IMG/VR virus record: IMGVR_UViG_3300032038_000024
Location: 37,689-101,688 of that record
DNA length: 64,000 nt
Direction: 5' to 3' (one strand)
Source of the DNA: a virus
Taxonomy: Duplodnaviria > Heunggongvirae > Uroviricota > Caudoviricetes
In this document: positions 48,801-58,052 of the stretch, in pieces
Layout of the letters: each line of letters opens with the position of its first letter
Position numbering within the stretch: position 1 is the stretch's first letter
Notes under the pieces: generated by a model
The model's database searches: none
Told to the model about the DNA's origin: nothing
What the model saw: only the letters and a program-made list of their open reading frames with translations
Position numbers and translations under genes: made by a program

Positions 48801-49694
48801 TTATTGTGTATTATTGTCTAATTCTATTGGTTCTATTGACGGACCTTGTAAATTTATCCACATTGATAATTGTACAGCATCTTGCCCAATAATATTTGGC
48901 ATGTCTGCGTCTACCCATAATTGTTCTGTAAATAATGGAGTTTGCCATTCAATAACAAGCATACCCATCATCTTATTGTTATCATCATATAATGTATTGT
49001 AGAATGCTGCAGTCGTACGATTATCTCTTAATAATGAGAACAATTGAGGATTTTCATTTTCCATTTGTTCCATGTCAGTATAAAGTTTCTGATGTTTACC
49101 TGTACGTTTTACATCTCCTACAATCTTTGCCATTGTGCTAAATGGTAAACCAACAATTTTTGTACCAATCTGTTCTAATCCTTTATCAAACCATTCAAAT
49201 GTACATGTATATTTAGCAAATGGTGAACCAGCTAAATTCTTATATGAATTATGGAACTCGATAATAAATGCTCTTACAGCATGAGTCTTATTCATTATAT
49301 CTTTTAATTTTTCAATTATACTTTCTGCTACTTCAATTCGTTTTTCTACTTGACGGTCATGTATTTCCGCATTTGCAGTATCTTTATTCATTATATATGA
49401 AAGTAATCTTTCATTTTGTGAACTTATTGCTTTTATCAATTCTGTATTTTGTTTTGCAATGTTCTGTGAAAGCATTTCAAGTTGTGAAGAATTAGTAGAA
49501 GACATTTCCTGTAGCTGATTAGCTACAGTTCCTGTAAGTTTATGCGCAATAACATCCATGCCACCCTTAACACCATCAGTAATCTTGCTTGCAACTAATT
49601 TAACACAAATATAAATTAGTCCCATGCCAGCAGCTATTAAAAGACTCCACCAACCATACTTTCCTATTATTTCAAAGAGAGTACTTAAATCCAT
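48801..49694 (-). CDS. membrane-anchored coiled-coil protein
   Basis: N-terminal TM WWSLLIAAGMGLIYICVKLV. Confidence 0.45.
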   Translation of the reverse strand: MDLSTLFEIIGKYGWWSLLIAAGMGLIYICVKLVASKITDGVKGGMDVIAHKLTGTVANQLQEMSSTNSSQLEMLSQNIAKQNTELIKAISSQNERLLSYIMNKDTANAEIHDRQVEKRIEVAESIIEKLKDIMNKTHAVRAFIIEFHNSYKNLAGSPFAKYTCTFEWFDKGLEQIGTKIVGLPFSTMAKIVGDVKRTGKHQKLYTDMEQMENENPQLFSLLRDNRTTAAFYNTLYDDNNKMMGMLVIEWQTPLFTEQLWVDADMPNIIGQDAVQLSMWINLQGPSIEPIELDNNTQ

Positions 49695-49718
49695 TTTTAT
49701 ATCATATAAGACTATATA

Positions 49719-49742
49719 TTTTTTATTTATATAAAAATAAAC
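49719..49742 (-). promoter_or_regulatory. phage-type promoter
   Basis: − sense GTTTATTTTTATATAAATAAAAAA (contains TATAAATA). Confidence 0.45.
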
Positions 49743-49823
49743 TTTTTAACATTTTACATATATTATTAATAAGTATCAAATATACAACTTATTTTATGAA
49801 ACTATGTGTATAGTTATGATAAT

Positions 49824-49856
49824 CAAAAATAAAAGGAACGTTAATCACGTTCCTTT
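49824..49856 (-). terminator. hairpin terminator overlapping a gene end
   Basis: AGGAACG-TTAATCA-CGTTCCT with a U-run in − sense. Confidence 0.5.
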
Positions 49857-50899
49857 CTAACCCATATTAGAAATTCATTCCTATTTTCGTGTTCATCAAT
49901 TGAAATATAATCAGGTGTAATATCTGTTCCTTCAATTTCTTGTCCAACACAAATTATTGGACCACCTACTGGATCTATCATTGTTATCTTACCTTCATTA
50001 CGATAAAGTTTCTGAATTTTATATGGTAAGCATAATTGATAAATTGTATTTTCAGAATTTCCGTTTTGTACTAATCTTAAATAATTATCAATATTATCAC
50101 GAGTATATAATTCAATTGTCTTGTTCTTGAATATTACATCATTATGAACAATTTCCCATATAGTCTTAAATAATTCATCATAAGAACCTGAATTATCAAT
50201 TATGTAATTATAATCTTCAATATCATCAAGTTCATGTTCTGCAATATTATCTAACTGCTGAACTGAATTACGATTAATTGTTATTGTAATACCGTTATTC
50301 TCATAAATATAATTAAGTTCATGATTAAATCTATTATCAGTTATAATAACATATTTAAGATTAGGATTACGATGTTGTTCTTCTCGTATCTTATTACGAA
50401 CAATATTAACAAAAATTTGTTTATTTACATTTTGTTGTAATACATAAGTACCTACATAAACTAATATTTCTCTCAATGACATCCAATATTTAATATCATT
50501 TGTATTAGAATATCCCGAAAGATTATAATAGTAATCATCAGCTGTTACAAGATGTTCTTCATCAGGTTTTATTTCTGTATATTGAAATTTATCATTAAGA
50601 CAGATCCAAGCATTTGATTTGTTTTGATAAAATCTTTGTACAGGAATACCAAATATAGTTGAACATATTTCTTTCAATTGGTCAGCATATGCAATACATA
50701 ATACTGAAGAATCCTTATCTAATTGTGAAGGAGGAAATGTTGCAGATTGTGTAGGATTTGTATATCGTGAGAAATAATATTCTTTACATTCATCTAAAGT
50801 TTCCCAGTCTTTAGATAATATTGTCTTAAGCATCTTTGCAACAGTATCTTTACCAGATCCTGCTAAACCATTAAGACCAATGTATAAAAGTTTATTCAT
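49841..50899 (-). CDS. deoxynucleoside monophosphate kinase (T4 gp1-like N-terminal domain) with a C-terminal extension
   Basis: LYIGLNGLAGSGKDTVAKML versus T4 gp1 LIFLSGVKRSGKDTTADF. ATG at 50899. Confidence 0.6.
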   Translation of the reverse strand: MNKLLYIGLNGLAGSGKDTVAKMLKTILSKDWETLDECKEYYFSRYTNPTQSATFPPSQLDKDSSVLCIAYADQLKEICSTIFGIPVQRFYQNKSNAWICLNDKFQYTEIKPDEEHLVTADDYYYNLSGYSNTNDIKYWMSLREILVYVGTYVLQQNVNKQIFVNIVRNKIREEQHRNPNLKYVIITDNRFNHELNYIYENNGITITINRNSVQQLDNIAEHELDDIEDYNYIIDNSGSYDELFKTIWEIVHNDVIFKNKTIELYTRDNIDNYLRLVQNGNSENTIYQLCLPYKIQKLYRNEGKITMIDPVGGPIICVGQEIEGTDITPDYISIDEHENRNEFLIWVRKERD

Positions 50900-50904
50900 C
50901 AAAA

Positions 50905-50957
50905 AATATATGCATATATTTATCTAATTATATAAAAATAGACAATATATGCATATA
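50905..50957 (-). promoter_or_regulatory. promoter (50924-50944) flanked by two copies of the palindrome AATATATGCATATA
   Basis: Copies at 50905-50918 and 50944-50957; possible operator pair. Confidence 0.35.
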
Positions 50958-50979
50958 GTTAAAATATATTAAAAAATAT

Positions 50980-53193
50980 TTAAGCTGCTTCTTGCATTGA
51001 TACACTAAACATAGTATCTGACCAGTTATTTGTTCTCATTATTTTAATATGTTCAGCTTCAGTTAAGAATGGGTTTGAAATTTTACCTTCAGTTAATTCA
51101 GGTCTATATTGAAATTTATTCCCATTACCACTATATGTTGTTACATCATTTTGATAACCTTCATCAATTGTTTTTTCACTTCCTTGTCCAGTAGTTTGAA
51201 CACCAGTACCTGCTCCATAAAATTGATTTAAATCATGATGAGCAAAATGTTGATATATAGTTGCAGCACCTTTTGTGTACATACGACTTATTTCAGTCAA
51301 ATCACGAGGACGGGCATGTTTTAATGTTATTGATACTTTTAATTCTGACGGGAAATCATCAATACCTAATGGACCACTATGTGTTACTGTTGCATTTGTC
51401 AATATCAAATTACCCATAGCTAAAATAGGATTACGAGGGTTTCCAATTGTTACGTGCCATAATCCAACGTCATCACCGCTTAATAATGATTGCCATGCAT
51501 ATAAAGTTGGTCTTCCTAAAGCATTTTTAAGATATCCCTTTGCTGCTTCAGTAAATGCAGTTGTTGAATTTAAGCTTCTTATTTTTTCTGCTAATGCTGA
51601 ACCAGCTTCACTTAATCCATTTCCTTTAGCTAAATTCATTGCTTGTCCAATAAGGTTATTAAATGTTGAACCAATCTTACCTAATATATCTTGGAAATTA
51701 ATACCACCATCTATTAATGATGAAAAGAATCCACCAAGCTTATCGAAAGCATTATCAATAAATGCACTTGTTTTATTAAATGGACCCATATCTTGTGGTG
51801 GACCAATTAATTTTCTATCACCACCCCAGAATTTACCACGTCTATATGTTACTTCCAATATATTACCAATTAAATCTGTTAATGCAGAACGTGGATTAAT
51901 ATTGTCATAAGCACGTAATTGATATGAAAAGTTCAATGTAAATTCATGTGAGAACTCTAATTTACCTTCATATATATTTGTTGATTGAACAGTATTCGTT
52001 GGCGTATATACTTTATTATTATCATAGTTTCTTAAAAGACCATTGTTCTTACCAATACCTTGGAATGTATGATCCGATAATTGAGAACCAAGCCAGCCCC
52101 AAATACTATGATTACCTGCTTGTCCAGCATTAACTGCTTTATTATATGCAGGGTTGAATGCATTAGATATCATACCTAATATACCTGTACTTGGATCATC
52201 TGCTTGTGAATCTTGTTCTTCAATTTTTGCTTCAAGTTCTTTCCATGTTGCATGATAACTATATTTACAAATATCTTCTAATCTATTATCATCTGTTCCA
52301 AACCATGTTACAAGACGTCCAATATCACCTTCAACTTGGAATGAATGATCTCCTGCGGTTGCAACATATTTAGGAGAAGACATTTCAAATATATGATCCC
52401 CAATAGGATGAGCAAATTTTCTTAATGTAATCAAATGGTTATTTGATACTTTACCAAGATCTTTACAATACATAAAGTCAGCATATTTGTATCTTGCCAT
52501 TCCTAAAGATGAGTTTGCTGTCTTTGATAATGCACATAATGTACGAATAGAACAATCTGTAATCTGAGGATCTAATTGAGCATCTATAGTATCGTTCATT
52601 AATGGTGTATTTCTTGTAATACCTAATACGCAAACACCATACATTGGATTGAACATTGATGGTGCAACTGCTGTTTCTGCAAGTTTTGCTTTCATTGAGT
52701 CACCTTCCTTTTCAGCATTAACAATAGATTTTACTCTATTCTTATATACCCAGTCATAATCTTTTGCAAGTGCAATTACATCAGCTGGTAATTGTAATGG
52801 GTTTTCATAGAATATTGCTTCTTGTCGGTCTTCAGCAGATTGTACTCCAGTTTTATATTTACCACCACTTTTAACTTCACTTTTTTGATTACCATCTTTA
52901 TCTAAAGAATATTCTGTATATGAACCTTCTCTTTCAACAACTTTCATATCGCGGTCAGTACCAGATATCATTGTAGATGGGTTATCCACACTATGCATAT
53001 TTGGGTATTTCTGATAGTTAGAAATATTGATATTTGTTTGCTTCAACATTTCTTGTACTACAGGAATACTCTTATTCAAATTCAAAGCACCATGTTTTAT
53101 TCTTTCAATATCAAAAGTAGCTTCATAAGATTGTGACCTTGTTGAACCATACATATTCTGAGATTCATTCAAGGTGCTTGGAAATGATTTCAT
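50980..53193 (-). CDS. hypothetical virion structural protein (737 aa)
   Basis: Late-type promoter; no motif resolved. Confidence 0.45.
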   Translation of the reverse strand: MKSFPSTLNESQNMYGSTRSQSYEATFDIERIKHGALNLNKSIPVVQEMLKQTNINISNYQKYPNMHSVDNPSTMISGTDRDMKVVEREGSYTEYSLDKDGNQKSEVKSGGKYKTGVQSAEDRQEAIFYENPLQLPADVIALAKDYDWVYKNRVKSIVNAEKEGDSMKAKLAETAVAPSMFNPMYGVCVLGITRNTPLMNDTIDAQLDPQITDCSIRTLCALSKTANSSLGMARYKYADFMYCKDLGKVSNNHLITLRKFAHPIGDHIFEMSSPKYVATAGDHSFQVEGDIGRLVTWFGTDDNRLEDICKYSYHATWKELEAKIEEQDSQADDPSTGILGMISNAFNPAYNKAVNAGQAGNHSIWGWLGSQLSDHTFQGIGKNNGLLRNYDNNKVYTPTNTVQSTNIYEGKLEFSHEFTLNFSYQLRAYDNINPRSALTDLIGNILEVTYRRGKFWGGDRKLIGPPQDMGPFNKTSAFIDNAFDKLGGFFSSLIDGGINFQDILGKIGSTFNNLIGQAMNLAKGNGLSEAGSALAEKIRSLNSTTAFTEAAKGYLKNALGRPTLYAWQSLLSGDDVGLWHVTIGNPRNPILAMGNLILTNATVTHSGPLGIDDFPSELKVSITLKHARPRDLTEISRMYTKGAATIYQHFAHHDLNQFYGAGTGVQTTGQGSEKTIDEGYQNDVTTYSGNGNKFQYRPELTEGKISNPFLTEAEHIKIMRTNNWSDTMFSVSMQEAA

Positions 53194-53217
53194 TAATAAA
53201 ATTAACTACATATATTT

Positions 53218-53240
53218 TGTTATATATAAAAATAATTTTA
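53218..53240 (-). promoter_or_regulatory. phage-type promoter
   Basis: − sense AAAATTATTTTTATATATAACAA. Confidence 0.45.
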
Positions 53241-53270
53241 AAAATAAAAAAGCAGCATCACTGCTGCTTC
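53241..53270 (-). terminator. hairpin terminator overlapping a stop codon
   Basis: AGCAGCA-TCAC-TGCTGCT preceded by an A-run. Confidence 0.5.
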
Positions 53271-53530
53271 AATATCTTTGTAATAAAATTTTCATATTCA
53301 TTTTCAGCCTGAAATACTTGTTTAGGACGAATATGCTCAGTTTTTATAATATCAAGTATTTCAATATTTGTTACTTTGCCACAACTGTTATCATTTTCCT
53401 TTAAGAAATTAATTAACTCCTTTTTGATTGCAGCTCGCAATACTTTTCTATTCTTGCCTTTTGTTTCAAATTCAAAAGACATCTTCAAATTACAATCATC
53501 CTGTACTCTACAAATAACTTCGTATTTCAT
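53258..53530 (-). CDS. hypothetical protein
   Basis: 90 aa. Confidence 0.4.
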   Translation of the reverse strand: MKYEVICRVQDDCNLKMSFEFETKGKNRKVLRAAIKKELINFLKENDNSCGKVTNIEILDIIKTEHIRPKQVFQAENEYENFITKILKQQ

Positions 53531-53654
53531 TGTAAATATAAATCTTCTAACTTATCCAACACTTTACTATAAACAATTCTTTCTTCTTGTGGAACATTCT
53601 TGTCATTAACTTTATGACAAAGCCACTTATCTAATTCTTTTAATATATCCATAT

Positions 53655-53837
53655 TTATCTATGTTTAATATTATAAATAATTCCACCAAGAGTTGCAGCA
53701 ATAACCATTGATATTAAAAACAATGTCATTAATACATACCATATTGCAATATTAACCCAATATTTTGGAGATGAACCTTCATTCATATAACGAAAATCTT
53801 CCCAAAAATCTTTAATAAAAAATTTAATTTTATTCAT
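53655..53837 (-). CDS. small single-TM protein (holin/pinholin-like by context)
   Basis: WVNIAIWYVLMTLFLISMVIAATLGGIIY; downstream of the endolysin gene. Confidence 0.35.
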   Translation of the reverse strand: MNKIKFFIKDFWEDFRYMNEGSSPKYWVNIAIWYVLMTLFLISMVIAATLGGIIYNIKHR

Positions 53838-53843
53838 GTTATA

Positions 53844-54521
53844 TTAATTCAACATTAGTTTATGTTCATCATATCGTCTCTCAATATGTCCTGGAGCAGA
53901 AATTCTACTTGTTTTAACAGCAGCAATTGTAAAATTCAAATCATTCTGATTTATAAATCCTGGAGTATTCTTATCATATCTGCATCTTGACCAACGATCC
54001 CAAAATTCAGTCAATGTTACACCACGCTCACCACAATTATAAATCAAACTACCAAGACCATCAATAAATCCCTGTGAATAAATAAATCGTCTGTCATGTT
54101 GTTTAATAAGTCGATTGATTGCATCGTTTACCCATTCAATATCCTTTTCAAACAATTCATCTGCTTTCTTTTGTGTAATATGTTCTAGACTTTCACCAGG
54201 TTGTATCTGATGACCCCAACCAACAGAACGACGTTGTGGATCCGGATCATTATAAGCATTCAATACACAAGTCTCCTTTGACTTAATAAAATCTTTACCA
54301 GTTTTTGAAAGCCTATAAGTATTAGGACGTTTAAGATGTTCAACATTTACAGTCTGTTCAGAAATATTGAACATGGCTGAAGTATTGAACAATGAATCTG
54401 TTTTCACAAAATTTGTATTATTTTCAGCTGACATGAAACTGGTACAAAACAGCTGATAAAATATTGCTAAACAAAAAATTACTGAAAGAAATCTGTTTGG
54501 TGTAATTTTACTATTCATCAT
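53844..54521 (-). CDS. endolysin, GH24 lysozyme with an N-terminal signal/SAR-like hydrophobic segment
   Basis: RRSVGWGHQIQPG...ITQKKADELFEKDIEWVNDAI aligns with T4L TIGIGH...[21 protein letters not shown]. N-terminal LSVIFCLAIFYQLFCTSF. Confidence 0.6.
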   Translation of the reverse strand: MMNSKITPNRFLSVIFCLAIFYQLFCTSFMSAENNTNFVKTDSLFNTSAMFNISEQTVNVEHLKRPNTYRLSKTGKDFIKSKETCVLNAYNDPDPQRRSVGWGHQIQPGESLEHITQKKADELFEKDIEWVNDAINRLIKQHDRRFIYSQGFIDGLGSLIYNCGERGVTLTEFWDRWSRCRYDKNTPGFINQNDLNFTIAAVKTSRISAPGHIERRYDEHKLMLN

Positions 54522-54533
54522 ATTTATTGTTTG

Positions 54534-54572
54534 TTACAAATATAATATAGTAAAATCTTTATAAAATTCAAA
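54534..54572 (-). promoter_or_regulatory. class-2 promoter-like element
   Basis: − sense TTTGAA-N12-TTTTACTATATTATATTTGTAA, 12 nt before the ATG. Confidence 0.4.
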
Positions 54573-54581
54573 TATTATTAA

Positions 54582-55241
54582 TTATTTCTTAAAATATGTA
54601 TTATAGTAAATTTCAATTCCTTTCATATGAATACATATTGTATCATTTAAACCTCTTGGTGATAACAAATAATCAACATCTTGTTTATTATCCATAAAGA
54701 AATTTTCAGATAATGTTGCTGCACAATTAGCACCTCTAATTATTTGATAATTTGCTTCCCAGTCTCTATCACCATCTTGTTTATCTTCACGAATTGGTTT
54801 TTGTTTAGTTTGACCCTTAAAAGAGTCTATATATTGTTTGTTTTGTCTTAATACGAAATCAGCTCCTTCATATAAGCATTCAGCAAGTTTATCAGATATA
54901 TTTTGTCCTTTTGTTGTCCATGTTGACCATCCACGTCCTGTCATCCAAGCACCATTTCCTGATGCATTTACATGAACAGATATCATAATACAATTTGCTG
55001 CTCCATATTTTCTACAATATTGATTGATACGATTAACACGAGTATCTAAACTAATATCTGTATTTTCAGGAGTAATCTTAATAGGAGTATATTCTTTATA
55101 ACACTTAAGACGGTCATATAATGCATCTACAACTTCTCTACAGAATTTCCATTCAAAGAATTGATCTCCATTTGCTAACTTTGGAGAACGCTTGCCTGGA
55201 GTATTACACCCATGACCATTATCAAGTAATATATATAACAT
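54582..55241 (-). CDS. N-acetylmuramoyl-L-alanine amidase (Amidase_3 family)
   Basis: LLDNGHG..(E)...ISVHVNASGNG...ENFFMDNKQD match the DxGHGG, SIHADA and E-GF-N-D motifs. Confidence 0.65.
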   Translation of the reverse strand: MLYILLDNGHGCNTPGKRSPKLANGDQFFEWKFCREVVDALYDRLKCYKEYTPIKITPENTDISLDTRVNRINQYCRKYGAANCIMISVHVNASGNGAWMTGRGWSTWTTKGQNISDKLAECLYEGADFVLRQNKQYIDSFKGQTKQKPIREDKQDGDRDWEANYQIIRGANCAATLSENFFMDNKQDVDYLLSPRGLNDTICIHMKGIEIYYNTYFKK

Positions 55242-55429
55242 TATTTCATCAATTTTTTATTAAACTGTATAAGATAACAACCTCTATTTGATGGTTCGGT
55301 TGTTAAACCATGAAAATTGCAAATATAAGATCCATTTACCATTTTTTTATGGTCATTAAATAATTTGCAATTTCCGCATATATCTGTATTCATTTTATTG
55401 TCATCTATATATTTATAAAGATAACAAAT

Positions 55430-55843
55430 TTACTCGAAAACTATTTTTGACTCTCTTTTAACATTTTCAATTGAGTCAGAACTATGCATAGCATTTTTCA
55501 TATCGTTCTTTCCCCATTTATCTCTAACTTTATCTTTAAGTGAATCCATTTCTTCAATTGGATCTTCACATTCCTTATAGCATTTTACGCATAAGCATTC
55601 TCCAGATGACATATATTCAACAAGATCATCATAGAAGTCTTTTCCCTTATGCATCATATATAATTGTTCAGCTTGCTCTTTTGTTAATTTTAATTTCTTT
55701 TTATCAAGAATATCCCATTCATCTTCTTCTAACATCTTGAGCCAAGCTTCTTCATGTTCTAAAAATTCAGGTTTTAATATAACGAATGAATTTACATAGT
55801 CTTCTTTCGATTCGTTAATTATGTAGTCTTTTAATGATATCAT
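55430..55843 (-). CDS. hypothetical acidic protein with the shared N-terminal motif (MISLKDYIINE)
   Basis: 137 aa. Confidence 0.45.
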   Translation of the reverse strand: MISLKDYIINESKEDYVNSFVILKPEFLEHEEAWLKMLEEDEWDILDKKKLKLTKEQAEQLYMMHKGKDFYDDLVEYMSSGECLCVKCYKECEDPIEEMDSLKDKVRDKWGKNDMKNAMHSSDSIENVKRESKIVFE

Positions 55844-55859
55844 AATATCTTTATTTAAT

Positions 55860-55905
55860 CTATATTTAAAAATAACAAAAAGAGTAACCGAAGCTACTCT
55901 TTTAC
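55860..55905 (-). promoter_or_regulatory. promoter/terminator cassette, copy 1
   Basis: − sense hairpin AGAGTAGC-TTCG-GTTACTCT, then TTGTTATTTTTAAATATAG. Identical to 58009-58050 except for 1 nt. Confidence 0.55.
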
Positions 55906-55920
55906 TTATATTTATATGAT

Positions 55921-57984
55921 TTATTGTTCTACCTTAGTCCAATTATACTTACCTAAGTAATAATATCCTGTATCCATCCATGTATCATAACCAGTACTAC
56001 CACTTGGCACTGTTAATGTACCACCCATTTTCACATCTTTGAATGTATTGTCATATATAATAGGTGCAGTCATAGCATTAGACACTATATTTGTAAGACC
56101 ACTACAAGCAGCGAAAGCACTAACAGCAATGTTTGTAACACTACTACCTATGGTTACACTTGTTAAACCAGTACAATCTGCGAAAGCAGCACTTCCAATA
56201 GATGGTGTAGAATCACCTATAATTACTGTTTCAAGATTAACCCAACCAGCTCTAAAAGAAGAACTTAACTCACATTTTGCATTGTAGTTTAAAACATTTA
56301 AAGCATCAGTACTTCCGAAAGCTCCCATACCAATACTTGTAACACTATCTGGTATGGTTATACTTGTAATACCACCACAATTAGCGAAAGCACTAACACC
56401 AATACTTGTAACACTATCTGGTATATCTATACTTGTTAAACCACTACAATTATAGAAAGCACCATCATTAATAATTGTAACATTATTGCCTATAGTTATA
56501 CTTGTTAAACCAGTACAACCTACGAAAGCACCTTCACCAATGCTTGTACATAATTTTCCAATTTCAACGTTTACAAGTGTTGACTTATAATCTTGTATCA
56601 TAGTAGATGTTAATTCACCACTATCTTCAAGCTCAACAACACTGTCGTCATTTAATGTAAGTTTGCAGAAGAAAGAAGGTTCAACTTTAGTCCAATTATA
56701 CTTACCTAAGTAGTAATCTTCAGCACTCATCCATGTATCATATCCTGTACTACCACTTGGTACTGTTAATGTACCACCAGTTTTTATATTTTGGAATGTA
56801 AAACTTTCTATTGTAGGTGCAGTTATTGCATTAGATACTATACTTGCTAAACTACTACAATCTCTAAAAGCAAAATTACCAATACTTGTAACACTATCTG
56901 GTATATCTATAATTGTTAGACTACTACAATCTTGGAACGCATAATTACCTATACTTGTAACACCACTGCCTATTGTTACACTTGTTAAACTGCTACACCC
57001 ATTAAAAACATTAGCATCAATGCTTGTAACACTATCAGGTATATCTATACTTGTTAAATTAGTACAGCCGTAGAAAGCACTATCATCAATGCTTGTAACA
57101 CTATCTGGTATATCTATACTTGTTAAACCTATACAATTACTGAAAGCAGAATAACCAATGCTTGTAACACTATCAGGTATAATTGTGTTTTTACAACATT
57201 GTATAATTGCATTAGTACTTGTATTAATAATTCCATTACAATTGTTACGTGAGTCATATACTGTATTATTACTATCAACTGTCATACTTGTAAGATTATC
57301 ACAACCTGAGAAAGCATTATTTCCGATGCTTGTAACACTACTACCTATAGTTACACTTGTAAGACCATTACAACCGCGGAAAGCATACTGACTAATGTTT
57401 GTAACACTATCTGGTATAATTATACTTGTTAAACCACTACAATTTTCAAAAGCATAGCTATTAATATTTGTAACACTATCAGGTATATCTATACTTGTTA
57501 ATGAACCACAACTATCAAAAGCATTATTTCCGATGCTTGTAACACTACTACCTATAGTTACACTTGTAAGACCACTACAGTTATTGAAAACATTATAACT
57601 AATATTTGTAACACTATTTGGTATTATACACTCTATTAAATTACTATTATAAAACACAGGAGCTTGATTACCTAATTTTGTTTCATCATATAACTCATAC
57701 TTAACTGTATGTTCACCTGTTGTGTTAAATGTATAGGCAGCTACAAGTTCATCTAACATAACACCATCAATTTCCATTGACTTAAATATATTCTCCTCAA
57801 AGTTTGTTCTTAATGTTGTAGGAGAAGATGTACTTGTTACATTATACTTACATACAAGCTTTGTTTCTGGTACATAAGGATTGTAACTCACACCCATGGT
57901 TTCTTCTATCAAAGACACATTAGGCAAATCTAATGTTGCTGCATTATAAGCTGCAGCTGTTTCAAATAATGTTATATATTTCAT
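55921..57984 (-). CDS. BspA-like leucine-rich-repeat (LRR_5) surface/adhesin-type protein with an internal tandem duplication
   Basis: About 20 repeats of IPDSVTSIGNxAFxxCxxLTSx. Two copies of the LRR block plus a GGTLTVPSGSTGYDTWM...YYLGKYNWTKVE module; at DNA level 55937-56687 repeats 56687 onward. Confidence 0.7.
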   Translation of the reverse strand: MKYITLFETAAAYNAATLDLPNVSLIEETMGVSYNPYVPETKLVCKYNVTSTSSPTTLRTNFEENIFKSMEIDGVMLDELVAAYTFNTTGEHTVKYELYDETKLGNQAPVFYNSNLIECIIPNSVTNISYNVFNNCSGLTSVTIGSSVTSIGNNAFDSCGSLTSIDIPDSVTNINSYAFENCSGLTSIIIPDSVTNISQYAFRGCNGLTSVTIGSSVTSIGNNAFSGCDNLTSMTVDSNNTVYDSRNNCNGIINTSTNAIIQCCKNTIIPDSVTSIGYSAFSNCIGLTSIDIPDSVTSIDDSAFYGCTNLTSIDIPDSVTSIDANVFNGCSSLTSVTIGSGVTSIGNYAFQDCSSLTIIDIPDSVTSIGNFAFRDCSSLASIVSNAITAPTIESFTFQNIKTGGTLTVPSGSTGYDTWMSAEDYYLGKYNWTKVEPSFFCKLTLNDDSVVELEDSGELTSTMIQDYKSTLVNVEIGKLCTSIGEGAFVGCTGLTSITIGNNVTIINDGAFYNCSGLTSIDIPDSVTSIGVSAFANCGGITSITIPDSVTSIGMGAFGSTDALNVLNYNAKCELSSSFRAGWVNLETVIIGDSTPSIGSAAFADCTGLTSVTIGSSVTNIAVSAFAACSGLTNIVSNAMTAPIIYDNTFKDVKMGGTLTVPSGSTGYDTWMDTGYYYLGKYNWTKVEQ

Positions 57985-58008
57985 ACAATAAAATTATATT
58001 TATTAAAT

Positions 58009-58050
58009 CTATATTTAAAAATAACAAAAAGAGTAGCCGAAGCTACTCTA
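58009..58050 (-). promoter_or_regulatory. promoter/terminator cassette, copy 2
   Basis: Perfect 8-bp stem AGAGTAGC-CGAA-GCTACTCT plus CTATATTTAAAAATAACAA. Confidence 0.55.
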
Positions 58051-58052
58051 AT

